DNA from: Hyalangium minutum
GTDB taxonomy: Bacteria > Myxococcota > Myxococcia > Myxococcales > Myxococcaceae
Direction of reading: 5' to 3'
DNA length: 64,000 nucleotides
NCBI RefSeq assembly: GCF_000737315.1
Contig: NZ_JMCB01000003.1
Span: 1,116,001 to 1,180,000 of the forward strand
Below are positions 16,687 through 26,032 of the stretch, one piece after another. The first letter of the stretch is position 1. Every line of letters starts with the position of its first letter. The notes below the pieces were generated by a model that saw only the letters and a program-made list of their open reading frames with translations, was not told where the DNA came from and searched no databases. The position numbers were made by a program, and so were the translations under genes.

Positions 16687-18273
16687 ATGGCCTACGAAGC
16701 TCGCGCCCAGGAACTCGAGCAGCGCTTCGCTCTCTTCAAGCCGACGACCCCCGAGGCGACGCTTTCCGAGGAGGACTACAACCGCATCAGCCTCGCGCTC
16801 ACCGCGCTGCTCAAGCGCCGCGAGGACGGCCTCACCGCGCTCGGCGAGATCGCCGCGGAGAAAGGCGACCGCAAGATCGCCGACAACTTCCGCAGCAAGC
16901 TCGAGGAGCTCTCCAAGTTCATGCTCAATGGCCTCGCCAATCTGCTCGAGGGCATGAAGACGGTGCCCCCCAACCTCACCGCCTTCCGCGACATCGCGCA
17001 GGCCGAGGAGCGCAAGTTCTGGGAAGGACTGGAGCGCCTGAAGATCGGCGAGACGCATGACGAGCAGATGCTGATCTGCAACCTGCTCGAAGAGAAGGCG
17101 GCCATCTACGGCACGCACTGGTCGAACCTCACGCAGACCGAGAAGGACCTGCTCGACAAGGAGCGCTACGCGGCCGGCAAGCTGCGCGAGACCATCGCCA
17201 AGATGATGGAGGAGGTCATCCCTGCTCACACCACCGGAGTCCGCGATGCGCTCGACGCGGCGTCCAAGGTCGAGCAGCTCAAGAAGCAGATCAACGACAA
17301 GTTCAAGGAGCTGCTGCGCGAGGCGGTGAAGCGGGTGGGCCTCGATCCGAAGAAGGCCGACGCGCTGCTCAACATGGTCGAGCAACAGCGACAGAACATC
17401 AAAGAGGCGGGAGAGAAGCTCGGCATCGACCCGGCGATCATGGACAAGATCCTCGAGTTCACCAAGCCGGGCAACGTGTTTGCCTCGTACGTCTTCACCG
17501 CGCTGTCCATGGTCTACAGCCCGCTCGGCGGCGCGGCAAAGCTGATCGGCAAGGGGGCCAAGGCCCTGCAGCCGGTCGCGCAGGCCTACGTCGATCAGTG
17601 CACAGCGGAGATGCTCGCGTTGATGGGCGGCCGCAAGGGCGTCATCATGAGCTTCTCGACAGTGCGCCGCGAAGCCACCGACTATGTGGCGAACAACGGC
17701 TACGAGAAGGCCAAGCAGTACCGCGAGACCGCGGTCAGGGCGATGCAAGACTGGGAGAACGCGCAGGCCACCGACGCCCTCAAGGCCAACGCGCGCACCT
17801 TCAAGGCCCGCGCCGAGGACTCGCTGACGTACTGGGTCGAGTTCATGCGCAAGGTTCACCAGGCCTTCATCGACAAGTACAAGGGCGTCCTCGTCGAGTC
17901 GATCAGCAACGAGACCATCGACGCGCTCGCCGACCGGCCCTTCTACGAGCGGTGGGCCGACGGCATCGACCGGCTCGATCTCGACCAACAACTGCAGAAG
18001 CTCTACTCCGGCCTCTACGAGATCCAGGGCAATGTCGACCGCGCCTTCGGAGCCTTCACCACCTTCAACGAGCTGCCGCTCGAGGGCCAAGCGCTCCTCC
18101 AGGACACCGTCAACCGGCTCGAGCGCGAGTTCCGCGAGCCGGCGACCCAGGAGATGAAGGACGCGCTGAAGACCATGGATGCCGCACGCGGCCGCGCTCC
18201 GGCCACCGTTGCCAAAGCCGCGGCACGGGCCGCGAAGGATATCGCCCAGCAGGCCGCTTCCGCGGGCCGCTAG
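16687..18273 (+). CDS. Hypothetical all-helical/coiled-coil protein (528 aa)
   Basis: ATG 2 nt after the previous stop. Heptad-rich charged helices with one central hydrophobic segment (FASYVFTALSMVYSPLGGAAKLIG). Confidence 0.75.
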   Translation: MAYEARAQELEQRFALFKPTTPEATLSEEDYNRISLALTALLKRREDGLTALGEIAAEKGDRKIADNFRSKLEELSKFMLNGLANLLEGMKTVPPNLTAFRDIAQAEERKFWEGLERLKIGETHDEQMLICNLLEEKAAIYGTHWSNLTQTEKDLLDKERYAAGKLRETIAKMMEEVIPAHTTGVRDALDAASKVEQLKKQINDKFKELLREAVKRVGLDPKKADALLNMVEQQRQNIKEAGEKLGIDPAIMDKILEFTKPGNVFASYVFTALSMVYSPLGGAAKLIGKGAKALQPVAQAYVDQCTAEMLALMGGRKGVIMSFSTVRREATDYVANNGYEKAKQYRETAVRAMQDWENAQATDALKANARTFKARAEDSLTYWVEFMRKVHQAFIDKYKGVLVESISNETIDALADRPFYERWADGIDRLDLDQQLQKLYSGLYEIQGNVDRAFGAFTTFNELPLEGQALLQDTVNRLEREFREPATQEMKDALKTMDAARGRAPATVAKAAARAAKDIAQQAASAGR

Positions 18274-18280
18274 AGCACCG

Positions 18281-18937
18281 TCAGGGGCTGCGCCACAGCA
18301 GGGCCAGCAAGCGCGGCGGGGCTGTTCTCGGAGCCCCGTCGTCCCGGCAGTCCTGAGCCTGGGCCAGCACGAGACCTGCCCTCAGGGCCGCGCTCAGGAA
18401 GTCCGACACATCGTGCAGGTGGCTCTGGACGCTCTGGACGGTACCCGTCTCCGGGTTCACGAAGTGGGCGTGCTTGCCCTGGAGTTGCCGGAACGGGTGC
18501 AGCTCGCAGACGAAGAAGGCGCCTCCCGGCCGGAGGACGCGCCTCGCCTCGGAGAAGACGACGGACAGATCTTCGATGTGCTCCAGCACCAGGTTGCACG
18601 TGATCATGTCGCGAGAGGCATCGGGCACCGGCCAGCGCTCGCGCAGGTCATGCTGCACGAACTGGACGCTCTGCACGCCTGGGCGCTCGCGGGCGCGCCT
18701 CAGCATCTGCTCCGAGCCGTCCAGTGCCACCAGGCTGCGCGCCCTCGCCGCCAACCACTCGGTGTTCTTCCCGGTGCCACAGCCGATCTCCAGCACGTCG
18801 CCTCGGAACAGCGCGGGGTCCAGCTCCCGGAGAATCCGCGCGTCCAGGTCTCGCGTGGCGTTGGTCTGGCTGTCGTACACATCGGCCCAGGCGTCATACG
18901 CCGAGGCCACGTCATCCGGGGGATGCTTCGAAGTCAT
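18281..18937 (-). CDS. Class I SAM-dependent methyltransferase
   Basis: VLEIGCGTG, VALDGS and RVLRPGG motifs. GAGGAGG RBS. Confidence 0.92.
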   Translation of the reverse strand: MTSKHPPDDVASAYDAWADVYDSQTNATRDLDARILRELDPALFRGDVLEIGCGTGKNTEWLAARARSLVALDGSEQMLRRARERPGVQSVQFVQHDLRERWPVPDASRDMITCNLVLEHIEDLSVVFSEARRVLRPGGAFFVCELHPFRQLQGKHAHFVNPETGTVQSVQSHLHDVSDFLSAALRAGLVLAQAQDCRDDGAPRTAPPRLLALLWRSP

Positions 18938-18948
18938 CTCCTCCTCCA

Positions 18949-19416
18949 CTACGAGCCCAGCTGCGCCGCCAGCGCCAGCCGTGCCGCCACCGCGAGCGCG
19001 TCCGCACGCTCGTTCTCTGCATGCCCCGAGTGCCCTCGCACCCAATTCCAGCTCACCTCATGCATCCGCGCCTGCTCCACCAGCGCCTGCCACAGGTCCG
19101 CGTTCTGCACCGGCTGCTTGCTCGACGTCTTCCACCCCGTGCGCTGCCACTTGTCCAACCACTTCTCCTCGAAGGCGTTGCGCACGTATTGCGAGTCCGT
19201 GAAGAGCTGCACCCGGCAGGGCGTCTTCAGGGCCCGCAGCGCCATCAGCGCCGCCGTCAGCTCCATGCGGTTGTTCGTGGTGTCCGGCTCGGACCCGCTC
19301 AGCTCCTTGCGGAAGTTGCCGTGCGCCGGAGAGATGAGGATGGAGCCCCACCCTCCCAGACCTGGGTTCGGCGAGCAGGCGCCATCGCAGTAGATGTGAA
19401 CCAGCGGCAAGGTCAT
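18949..19416 (-). CDS. rnhA: Ribonuclease HI
   Basis: [36 protein letters not shown] and NERAD motifs. Confidence 0.97.
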   Translation of the reverse strand: MTLPLVHIYCDGACSPNPGLGGWGSILISPAHGNFRKELSGSEPDTTNNRMELTAALMALRALKTPCRVQLFTDSQYVRNAFEEKWLDKWQRTGWKTSSKQPVQNADLWQALVEQARMHEVSWNWVRGHSGHAENERADALAVAARLALAAQLGS

Positions 19417-19557
19417 GGACACCCCAGGGCTACCTTACATCCTCCCGAGGCCAGCAACTGTCCAGCAAATCAAGTTTGCTCCTCGTGTCAGCGAACCCAG
19501 GCGTTGCCAGGCTCGCTTGGAGTTGCCAAGAACCGTGTCTCTCCTACGGGGAAGCGT

Positions 19558-21846
19558 GTGCACGAGGCCTTCAAGAACACCCTGCCGCCTGGCCAGAAGA
19601 TCGATCTCTCCAACTGCGATCGGGAGCCCATCCACATCCCCGGCCATATCCAGGCCCATGGGCTGCTTCTGGCTGTGGATCGGTCGAGCCACGTCATCCT
19701 CCAGGCCAGCAACAACGCGCTGGAGTACCTGGGCGTGCCCTCTGATCTGCTGCTCGGCAAGAGCCTGGCAACGCTCCTGGGCACCGAGCAGCTGAGCCTC
19801 CTGCAGTCCGTGCTGCGCTCCGAGCCACAGGAGGACAATCCCGTCTACCTCTTCACGGCCCTGGTGCTCGGCAGCGGGCCCTTCCATGTCATCGGCCACC
19901 TGCATGACGGGCTGCTCATACTGGAGTTCGAGCCCAAGCTCCCGGACACCCCCCGCCACCCCGACTTCTACGAGCTGCTCAAGCGCAGCCTCGCGCGCTT
20001 CCAGGCCGCCCAAACCGTGCGCGAGTTCTGCCAGATGGTGACGGAGGAGATCCGCCGGGTGAGCGGCTATGACCGGGTGATGGTGTACCAGTTCCAGGAG
20101 GACTGGAGCGGGCACGTCATCGCGGAGGACATGGCCCAGGACATGGGACTGGAGTCCTATCTGGATCTCCACTACCCGGCCAGCGACATCCCCTCGCAGG
20201 CCCGGGCGCTGTTCCTGCTCAACACCGTGCGGATGCTGGCGGACGCTCAGTACAAGCCCGCCTGGATGATTCCGGAGCGCAATCCGATCACCGCCAAGCC
20301 GCTGGACATGAGCTACACCTTCCTGCGCGGCGCCTCGCAGATGTACACGGAGTACCTGATCAACATGGGTGTGAGGGCCTCGCTCACGCTGGCCATCTCC
20401 CAGGGCGACAAGCTCTGGGGGCTGGTGGCGTGCCACCACTACAGCCCGCGGAAGATCCCCTATGACGTGCGCACCGCGTGCGAGGTCCTCGCGCGCGTCA
20501 TCTCGCTCCAGGTGGCCGACAAGGTCCGCAACGAGGAGTCCAACTACCGCGTGCGCATGGACGAAGTTCACCAGTGCCTCCTCCAAGCCGTGGGACGCGA
20601 TGGGCACCTCGGCACGGCCCTGATCGAGTGCCAGCCGGGCGTACGCGAGTTCGTGGAGTGCGAGGGCGCGGCGGTACTGGCCGAAGGAGAGTGCCACCTG
20701 CTGGGGCAGACGCCCAGTGAGGCGCAGGTGCGCGCGCTGGCGGCGTGGCTGAGCCGCACGCACGAGGGCGAGCTCTTCGTCACCGACCGGCTCCCGGAGC
20801 TCTACCCGCCCGCGGCGGATCTCAAGGCCATCGCCTGTGGAGTGATGGCGCTGCCCATCTCCCGGGCCCAGGCCGAGTACATCCTCTGGTTCCGGCCCGA
20901 GGTGATCCAGACCGTGAAGTGGGCCGGGGATCCGCGCAAGCCCGTGGAGGTGGGCCCCCTGGGAGACCGGCTCACGCCCCGGAAGTCCTTTGCCCTGTGG
21001 AAGGAGACGGTCGAGGGCCACTCGCTGCCCTGGCGCAAGGGAGAGCAGGAGGGCACTCTCCGTCTGCGGACTGCCCTGACAGACGCGCTCTACCACCGAA
21101 GCGAGGCGCTCTCACGGCTCAATCAGGAGCTGTCCCGCAGCAACCAGGAGCTGGACGCCTTCGCCTATGTGGCCAGCCACGATCTCAAGGAACCGCTGCG
21201 CGGCATCTACAACTACGCCACCTTCCTCTCCGAGGACTACGCGGAGAAGCTGGACCCGGAGGGGTTGCAGAAGCTGAGCACGCTGCTGCGGCTCACCCGG
21301 CGCATGCAGTCGCTCATCGACTCGCTCCTGCACTTCTCCCGGCTGGGCAAGGCGCCGCTCAGGCTCGAGCAGTTCCCGGCGGGAGAGGCCGTGCAGGAGG
21401 CGCTCGAGCAGGTGGAGCTGCGCCTGAAGGAGACAGGCACCTCGGTGGAGATCCCCCGCCCCCTGCCCACAATCAAGGCGGATCGGGTGGGGATAACGGA
21501 GGTCTTCACCAACCTGCTGTCCAACGCCCTCAAGTACAACGACAAGCCCGTGCGCACGGTCGAGGTGGGTTATCTGGACGCCGGAGAGCCCGGCTTCCCG
21601 TCCCAGGCGCAAGGTGCTCCCTTCTGCTTCTACGTGAAGGACAACGGCATCGGCATTCCCGAGCGGTTCCAAGAAGAGATCTTCCGCATCTTCAAGCGCC
21701 TGCACGCTCGGACGGAGTTTGGGGGTGGCACGGGCGCGGGGCTGACCATCGTCAAGAAGGTGGTGGAGCGCCACGGAGGCACGATCTGGCTGTCCTCGCG
21801 CGAGGGAGAGGGCACCACCTTCTTCTTCACTCTGAGTAGAACGTAG
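19558..21846 (+). CDS. bphP: Bacteriophytochrome histidine kinase 1 (PAS-GAF-PHY-HisKA-HATPase)
   Basis: DLSNCDREPIH (biliverdin Cys), YPASDIP, LVACHH, LTPRKSF, VASHDLKEPL and GGGTGAGL. Start set at GTG 19558 because the longer ORF overlaps rnhA. Confidence 0.93.
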   Translation: MHEAFKNTLPPGQKIDLSNCDREPIHIPGHIQAHGLLLAVDRSSHVILQASNNALEYLGVPSDLLLGKSLATLLGTEQLSLLQSVLRSEPQEDNPVYLFTALVLGSGPFHVIGHLHDGLLILEFEPKLPDTPRHPDFYELLKRSLARFQAAQTVREFCQMVTEEIRRVSGYDRVMVYQFQEDWSGHVIAEDMAQDMGLESYLDLHYPASDIPSQARALFLLNTVRMLADAQYKPAWMIPERNPITAKPLDMSYTFLRGASQMYTEYLINMGVRASLTLAISQGDKLWGLVACHHYSPRKIPYDVRTACEVLARVISLQVADKVRNEESNYRVRMDEVHQCLLQAVGRDGHLGTALIECQPGVREFVECEGAAVLAEGECHLLGQTPSEAQVRALAAWLSRTHEGELFVTDRLPELYPPAADLKAIACGVMALPISRAQAEYILWFRPEVIQTVKWAGDPRKPVEVGPLGDRLTPRKSFALWKETVEGHSLPWRKGEQEGTLRLRTALTDALYHRSEALSRLNQELSRSNQELDAFAYVASHDLKEPLRGIYNYATFLSEDYAEKLDPEGLQKLSTLLRLTRRMQSLIDSLLHFSRLGKAPLRLEQFPAGEAVQEALEQVELRLKETGTSVEIPRPLPTIKADRVGITEVFTNLLSNALKYNDKPVRTVEVGYLDAGEPGFPSQAQGAPFCFYVKDNGIGIPERFQEEIFRIFKRLHARTEFGGGTGAGLTIVKKVVERHGGTIWLSSREGEGTTFFFTLSRT

Positions 21847-21926
21847 GACATGGACGTGGAAGCCCCGTTGCACGTCAACCGGGCTATGCTGGAATACTGG
21901 TTTGGCACCACCGTCCTCGCCCCCCC

Positions 21927-23954
21927 ATGAGCCCCGGGCCGTCCTCATCGAAGCCGCAGCGGCGCATCCTCGTGATTGATGACAGCCCCGAGGACCGGGA
22001 GGCTTTTCGCCGTTTTCTGCGGCAGGACGCCGAGTACCAGAACCTCGTCCAGGAAGCCGTCACGGGCAAAGAGGGCCTCGAGGCTTGCCGGCGCGGCAAC
22101 TTCGACGCGGTATTGCTCGATCAGCACATGCCCCAGATGGAAGGACTGGAGGTGCTGCGGCTTTTGCGCGCCCAGCCGGGGTGGAGCACTCCCACCATCG
22201 CGCTGACGAGCACGGGGCAAGCGGACGTGGCGCGCCAGATGCTCGAGGCCGGCGCCCATGACTTCCTCTTCAAGGACGACGTCACCGCGTCCATCCTCAG
22301 CCGCACCATCACCCATGCCATCACCCGGGAACGGCTTCGGCGCAAGGTGGCGCAGTCCGCGCGGCGCTCGGCGCAGTTGCAGCAGATCACCGCCGAGCTG
22401 TCGCGCGCGCTGACCTCCCGGCAGGTGCTGGATGTCTTCTTACAGTTGGGCTTGGAGGCACTCGGAGCCCAGGCGGGCTTCGTGGCCTTACTCTCGGCGG
22501 ATGGCGCCTCCCTGGAGGTGGACGCCACCCCGGGCTTCTCCTCCGAAGCCGTCCGCCCCGGGCAGCACATCCCCATGTCGGCCTCGCTGCCCATCACGGA
22601 CGCCGTGCGTACGGGGGCACTGATCACCTGCGGCACCCTGGAGGAAAAGTACGCCCGCTATCCGCTGCTCCAGGGCTCCAACCTGGGCTACCCAGCGCTG
22701 GCGGCCTGCTCCCTGCGGGCCGCGGGCAAGCGCCTGGGAGGGATCAGCATCGCCTACGCTCAGCCGCGTGTCTTCGATGAGGAGGAACGCAACTTCCTCC
22801 TCGTGCTCTCGCGCCAATGCGCGGAGGCGCTGGAGCGGGCACGGCTCTATGAAGCACTCCAGGAGAGCGAGGCCCAGCGGCACCTCGCGCTGGAGGCGGC
22901 CCACCTGGGCACCTTGTCGTGGGGCCTGGACTCGGGGCAGGTCGAGATGGATGCGGCTTGCCGGGCGCTCTACGGCTTTCCCCCGGAGCTGCACCTCACC
23001 CCGGAGGCAGTGACCGAGCGCATCCACCCCGAGGACCGGCCCAGGCTCCAGGCGTGGTTCCAGGCCCTGCGCCTCTCAGCCACGTCGAATGAGTATGACG
23101 AGAAGTACCGCGTCCTGCTCGAGGGCGGCCGCGTGCGCTGGGTGCTGTCACGAGGACGGGCGCTGCGGGACGCCCAGGGCCAGGTGGTGCGGCTCGTGGG
23201 CATCAACCACGACATCACCCAGCTGGTGCTCCAGAGGGAGGAGGAGCAGCGGCGCGCGGACTTCGAGCAAAAGCTCGTCGGCATCGTCAGCCATGACCTG
23301 AAGAACCCGCTGTCCGCCATCCTCATGCAGTCCGCCGCAGCCGTGCGCCAGGGAGGGCTGGATGAGCGCGTGTTGAAGATGATGACGCGCATCCAGTCCT
23401 CGGCCGAGCGCGCCAGCCGGATGATCGTCGATCTGCTGGACTTCACCCAGGCTCGGCTCGGAGGCGGCATCCCCGTACACCGCCGGGCCGTGGAGGCCCG
23501 CGAGGTGGTGGCCCAGGTTCTGGAGGAGGCACGCCAGGCCTTCCCGCGCCGCAAGCTCAGCTTCACGGCCACGGGAGAGACGACGGGCCAGTGGGATGGA
23601 GATCGGCTGGTGCAGGTGGTCACCAATCTCGTCCAGAACGCCCTCAAGTACAGCCCCGCAGACTCAGAGGTCCAGGTCCAGCTGAGCTCCCTGGGAGAGC
23701 ACGTGGAGCTGTCCGTGCACAACCAGGGCACGCCCATCAGCGCCGAATGGCTCCCCCGCCTCTTCGAGCCGATGCAGCGCGCCACCTCCCAAGAGGACAA
23801 GACGGGCCGCAGCGTGGGGCTCGGGCTCTACATCGTGAAGCAGCTCGTGGAGGCGCACGAAGGCACCATCTCCGTGCACTCGGATGCGTCCTCCGGCACG
23901 GAGTTCACGGTGCGCCTGCCGCGCCTGCCGCACTCCCCTGCCCCGTCCCCTTGA
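21927..23954 (+). CDS. Hybrid sensor kinase REC-GAF-PAS-HisKA-HATPase
   Basis: ILVIDD..LLDQHMP receiver, GAF segment, IHPED PAS, VSHDLKNPL, and N/G boxes. Confidence 0.93.
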   Translation: MSPGPSSSKPQRRILVIDDSPEDREAFRRFLRQDAEYQNLVQEAVTGKEGLEACRRGNFDAVLLDQHMPQMEGLEVLRLLRAQPGWSTPTIALTSTGQADVARQMLEAGAHDFLFKDDVTASILSRTITHAITRERLRRKVAQSARRSAQLQQITAELSRALTSRQVLDVFLQLGLEALGAQAGFVALLSADGASLEVDATPGFSSEAVRPGQHIPMSASLPITDAVRTGALITCGTLEEKYARYPLLQGSNLGYPALAACSLRAAGKRLGGISIAYAQPRVFDEEERNFLLVLSRQCAEALERARLYEALQESEAQRHLALEAAHLGTLSWGLDSGQVEMDAACRALYGFPPELHLTPEAVTERIHPEDRPRLQAWFQALRLSATSNEYDEKYRVLLEGGRVRWVLSRGRALRDAQGQVVRLVGINHDITQLVLQREEEQRRADFEQKLVGIVSHDLKNPLSAILMQSAAAVRQGGLDERVLKMMTRIQSSAERASRMIVDLLDFTQARLGGGIPVHRRAVEAREVVAQVLEEARQAFPRRKLSFTATGETTGQWDGDRLVQVVTNLVQNALKYSPADSEVQVQLSSLGEHVELSVHNQGTPISAEWLPRLFEPMQRATSQEDKTGRSVGLGLYIVKQLVEAHEGTISVHSDASSGTEFTVRLPRLPHSPAPSP

Positions 23955-24540
23955 GGAAGTTGTGCAGCAGCCGCATGCCGCTGCGCGTGCCGATGGACTC
24001 CGGGTGGAACTGGACGCCCACGATGGGGTGCTCACGGTGCGCCACGGCCATGATGAGCCCCTCGTCGCTGCGCGCTGTCACCCGGAGCGCGGCGGGCAGC
24101 GTCTCCGGATCGATCATCAGCGAGTGGTAGCGCATGGCCTCCAGCGGGTTCTCCAGCCCGTGAAAGAGGCCCTCGCCTTCGTGACGGATGAGGCTCGTCT
24201 TGCCGTGCATCACCTTGGGCGCTCGCACCACCCGGCCTCCGAAGGCCGTGGCGATTCCCTGGTGCCCCAGGCACACGCCGAGCAGCGGAATCCGAGGCCC
24301 CAGCGTGAGGATGACCTCGCGACAGATGCCGAACCACGCCGGCTCCTCCGGGTTGCCGGGCCCCGGCGAGAGGATGAGGTGCGTGGGCCGCTCAGCGGCG
24401 ATGGCCTCGACGCTCGTCCGATCGTTGCGCACCACGTGGGCCTCGACGCCCGTCAGCTCGCCCATGGCCTGGTACAGGTTGTAGACAAACGAGTCGTAGT
24501 TATCGATGAGGACGATGCGCGGGGCGGACTCAGCGCTCAT
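23905..24540 (-). CDS. pabA: Aminodeoxychorismate/anthranilate synthase component II (glutamine amidotransferase)
   Basis: IDNYDSF, LSPGPG, GVCLGHQ, MRYHSL and QFHPES motifs. Confidence 0.9.
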   Translation of the reverse strand: MSAESAPRIVLIDNYDSFVYNLYQAMGELTGVEAHVVRNDRTSVEAIAAERPTHLILSPGPGNPEEPAWFGICREVILTLGPRIPLLGVCLGHQGIATAFGGRVVRAPKVMHGKTSLIRHEGEGLFHGLENPLEAMRYHSLMIDPETLPAALRVTARSDEGLIMAVAHREHPIVGVQFHPESIGTRSGMRLLHNFLKGTGQGSAAGAAGAP

Positions 24541-26032
24541 GGGCAAGCTCCAGGGCCAGCACGAGGCCATGCGCCTTGTCGAGCGTCTCCTGGTACTCCT
24601 CCTCGGGCACGGAGTCCGCGACGATGGCGCCCCCGGTGTGGAAGGTGACGCGTTCGCCCTGCTTGACCACCGTGCGGATGACGATGTTGAGGTCCATGCC
24701 TCCGTCGAAGTCGAAGTAGCCGATGCTCCCCGAGTACACGCCTCGCCGCGAGGGCTCCAGCCGGGAGATGACCTTCATGGCCTCTATCTTCGGCGCTCCC
24801 GTCATGGAGCCTCCCGGGAACGCCGCGCGCAGCAGGTCCACCGCATCGAGCCCCGGCCGCAGCCGCCCTCGCACCGTGGAGACGAGCTGGTGCGTCATCG
24901 GGTACGTCTCCACCTCGCAGAGGCGCGGGACGCGGACGGTGCCGAACTCGCAGACACGGCCCAGATCGTTCCGGGCGAGATCGACGATCATCAGGTTCTC
25001 GGCGCGATCCTTCTCGCTCGTCTCCAGGCTCTGGCGGAGCGTGGCATCCTCCGCGGGCGTGGCGCCGCGAGGCCGTGTGCCCTTGATGGGGCGCGTCTCC
25101 GCCCAGCGCTCGCGATCCAGGCTGAGGAAGCGCTCGGGCGAGGCGGAGAGGAGCTCTCCCTCGGGGAACCGCAGGTAGGCAGCCAGCGGCGCTTCGTGGA
25201 CCGCGCGCAGCACCCCATAGAGGGCCTCTCCCGGCCCTGTGTGCTCAGCATCAAAGCGCTGCGTCAGGCAGATCTCGAAGAGCTCCCCGGCGGCGATGTG
25301 CTCCAGCGACCGGCGAATGGCCTCCAGATAGCGGGCCCGAGGCATGAACGGACGGATGCCGCACTCCGCGAGGTGTGGCTCCAGGAGCCGGGGCCTCTGG
25401 GCCAACCGGGCCTTGCGCCGTTGGATGTATTCGCTCGCGCTGGGCCGGGACGAAGATGGAGGCGGCGAGGCCAGACGCCGCAGCATGTCCGCCAGCTCCG
25501 CGTCGGCTCGCTGGGAGGCCTCGGCGGGGCTGTCCGCGAACCCGTTGGCGAGCACCCAGCTCGTGCCCTCCACATGGTCCGTGGCCAGCACGGCACCACA
25601 GAACAGCAGGTATGCGTCCGGCAGCCCCAGGTTGGGCGCGCCCGGAGCGGGGATGGACTCGAGCGCGTGGAGCAGCTCGTAGCCGAGGTAGCCCACCGCG
25701 CCCCCGAGGAACGGAGGCAATCCCGAGACCTCGCGCGGCGAGGCGGAGCGGTAGCGCGCCAGGAGCGCCTTCAGCTCCTCGGAGGGCTCCCCAGGCAACG
25801 GGCGCAGCGCCCCCGGAGGCCCGGCCCAGCACGTGGTGCCCTGAACCTGGAACACCCAGAACGGGTTGACGCACAGGAATGAGTAACGCCCCTGTGAGGA
25901 AGCCCGGCCTGGGCTCTCCAAGAGGCAGAGGTACTTCTGATCGAAGAACCGGGGCAGCGCCTCGTATGGAACGACCGCCGCAGCGAGCCGCTGCACCCGC
26001 AGGCTGCGATGGAGCGGAACCGTCGAGCTCAT
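24530..26032 (-). CDS. pabB: Aminodeoxychorismate synthase component I
   Basis: SPERF, ETRPIKGTRPRG, KDRAENLMIVDLARND, SMTGAPK and YSGSIG motifs. PIKGT is PabB-typical. Confidence 0.9.
   Translation of the reverse strand: MSSTVPLHRSLRVQRLAAAVVPYEALPRFFDQKYLCLLESPGRASSQGRYSFLCVNPFWVFQVQGTTCWAGPPGALRPLPGEPSEELKALLARYRSASPREVSGLPPFLGGAVGYLGYELLHALESIPAPGAPNLGLPDAYLLFCGAVLATDHVEGTSWVLANGFADSPAEASQRADAELADMLRRLASPPPSSSRPSASEYIQRRKARLAQRPRLLEPHLAECGIRPFMPRARYLEAIRRSLEHIAAGELFEICLTQRFDAEHTGPGEALYGVLRAVHEAPLAAYLRFPEGELLSASPERFLSLDRERWAETRPIKGTRPRGATPAEDATLRQSLETSEKDRAENLMIVDLARNDLGRVCEFGTVRVPRLCEVETYPMTHQLVSTVRGRLRPGLDAVDLLRAAFPGGSMTGAPKIEAMKVISRLEPSRRGVYSGSIGYFDFDGGMDLNIVIRTVVKQGERVTFHTGGAIVADSVPEEEYQETLDKAHGLVLALELAHER

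Noticed and set aside
16396-18090. 564-aa minus-strand ORF (also 5793-7277, 29427-31226, 49868-52183, 53592-55187)
   Set aside because: Typical high-GC antisense open frames with no motifs, opposite well-supported genes.
18724-19557. N-terminal extension making BphP1 1040 aa
   Set aside because: It overlaps rnhA and the methyltransferase antisense and reads as low-complexity shadow. The phytochrome sequence begins near 19558.
23905-23954. Convergent gene overlaps (also 3256-3296, 39450-39460, 43338-43368)
   Set aside because: Short tail-to-tail overlaps are common in high-GC genomes with few stop codons, and there is no sign of a specific antisense mechanism.
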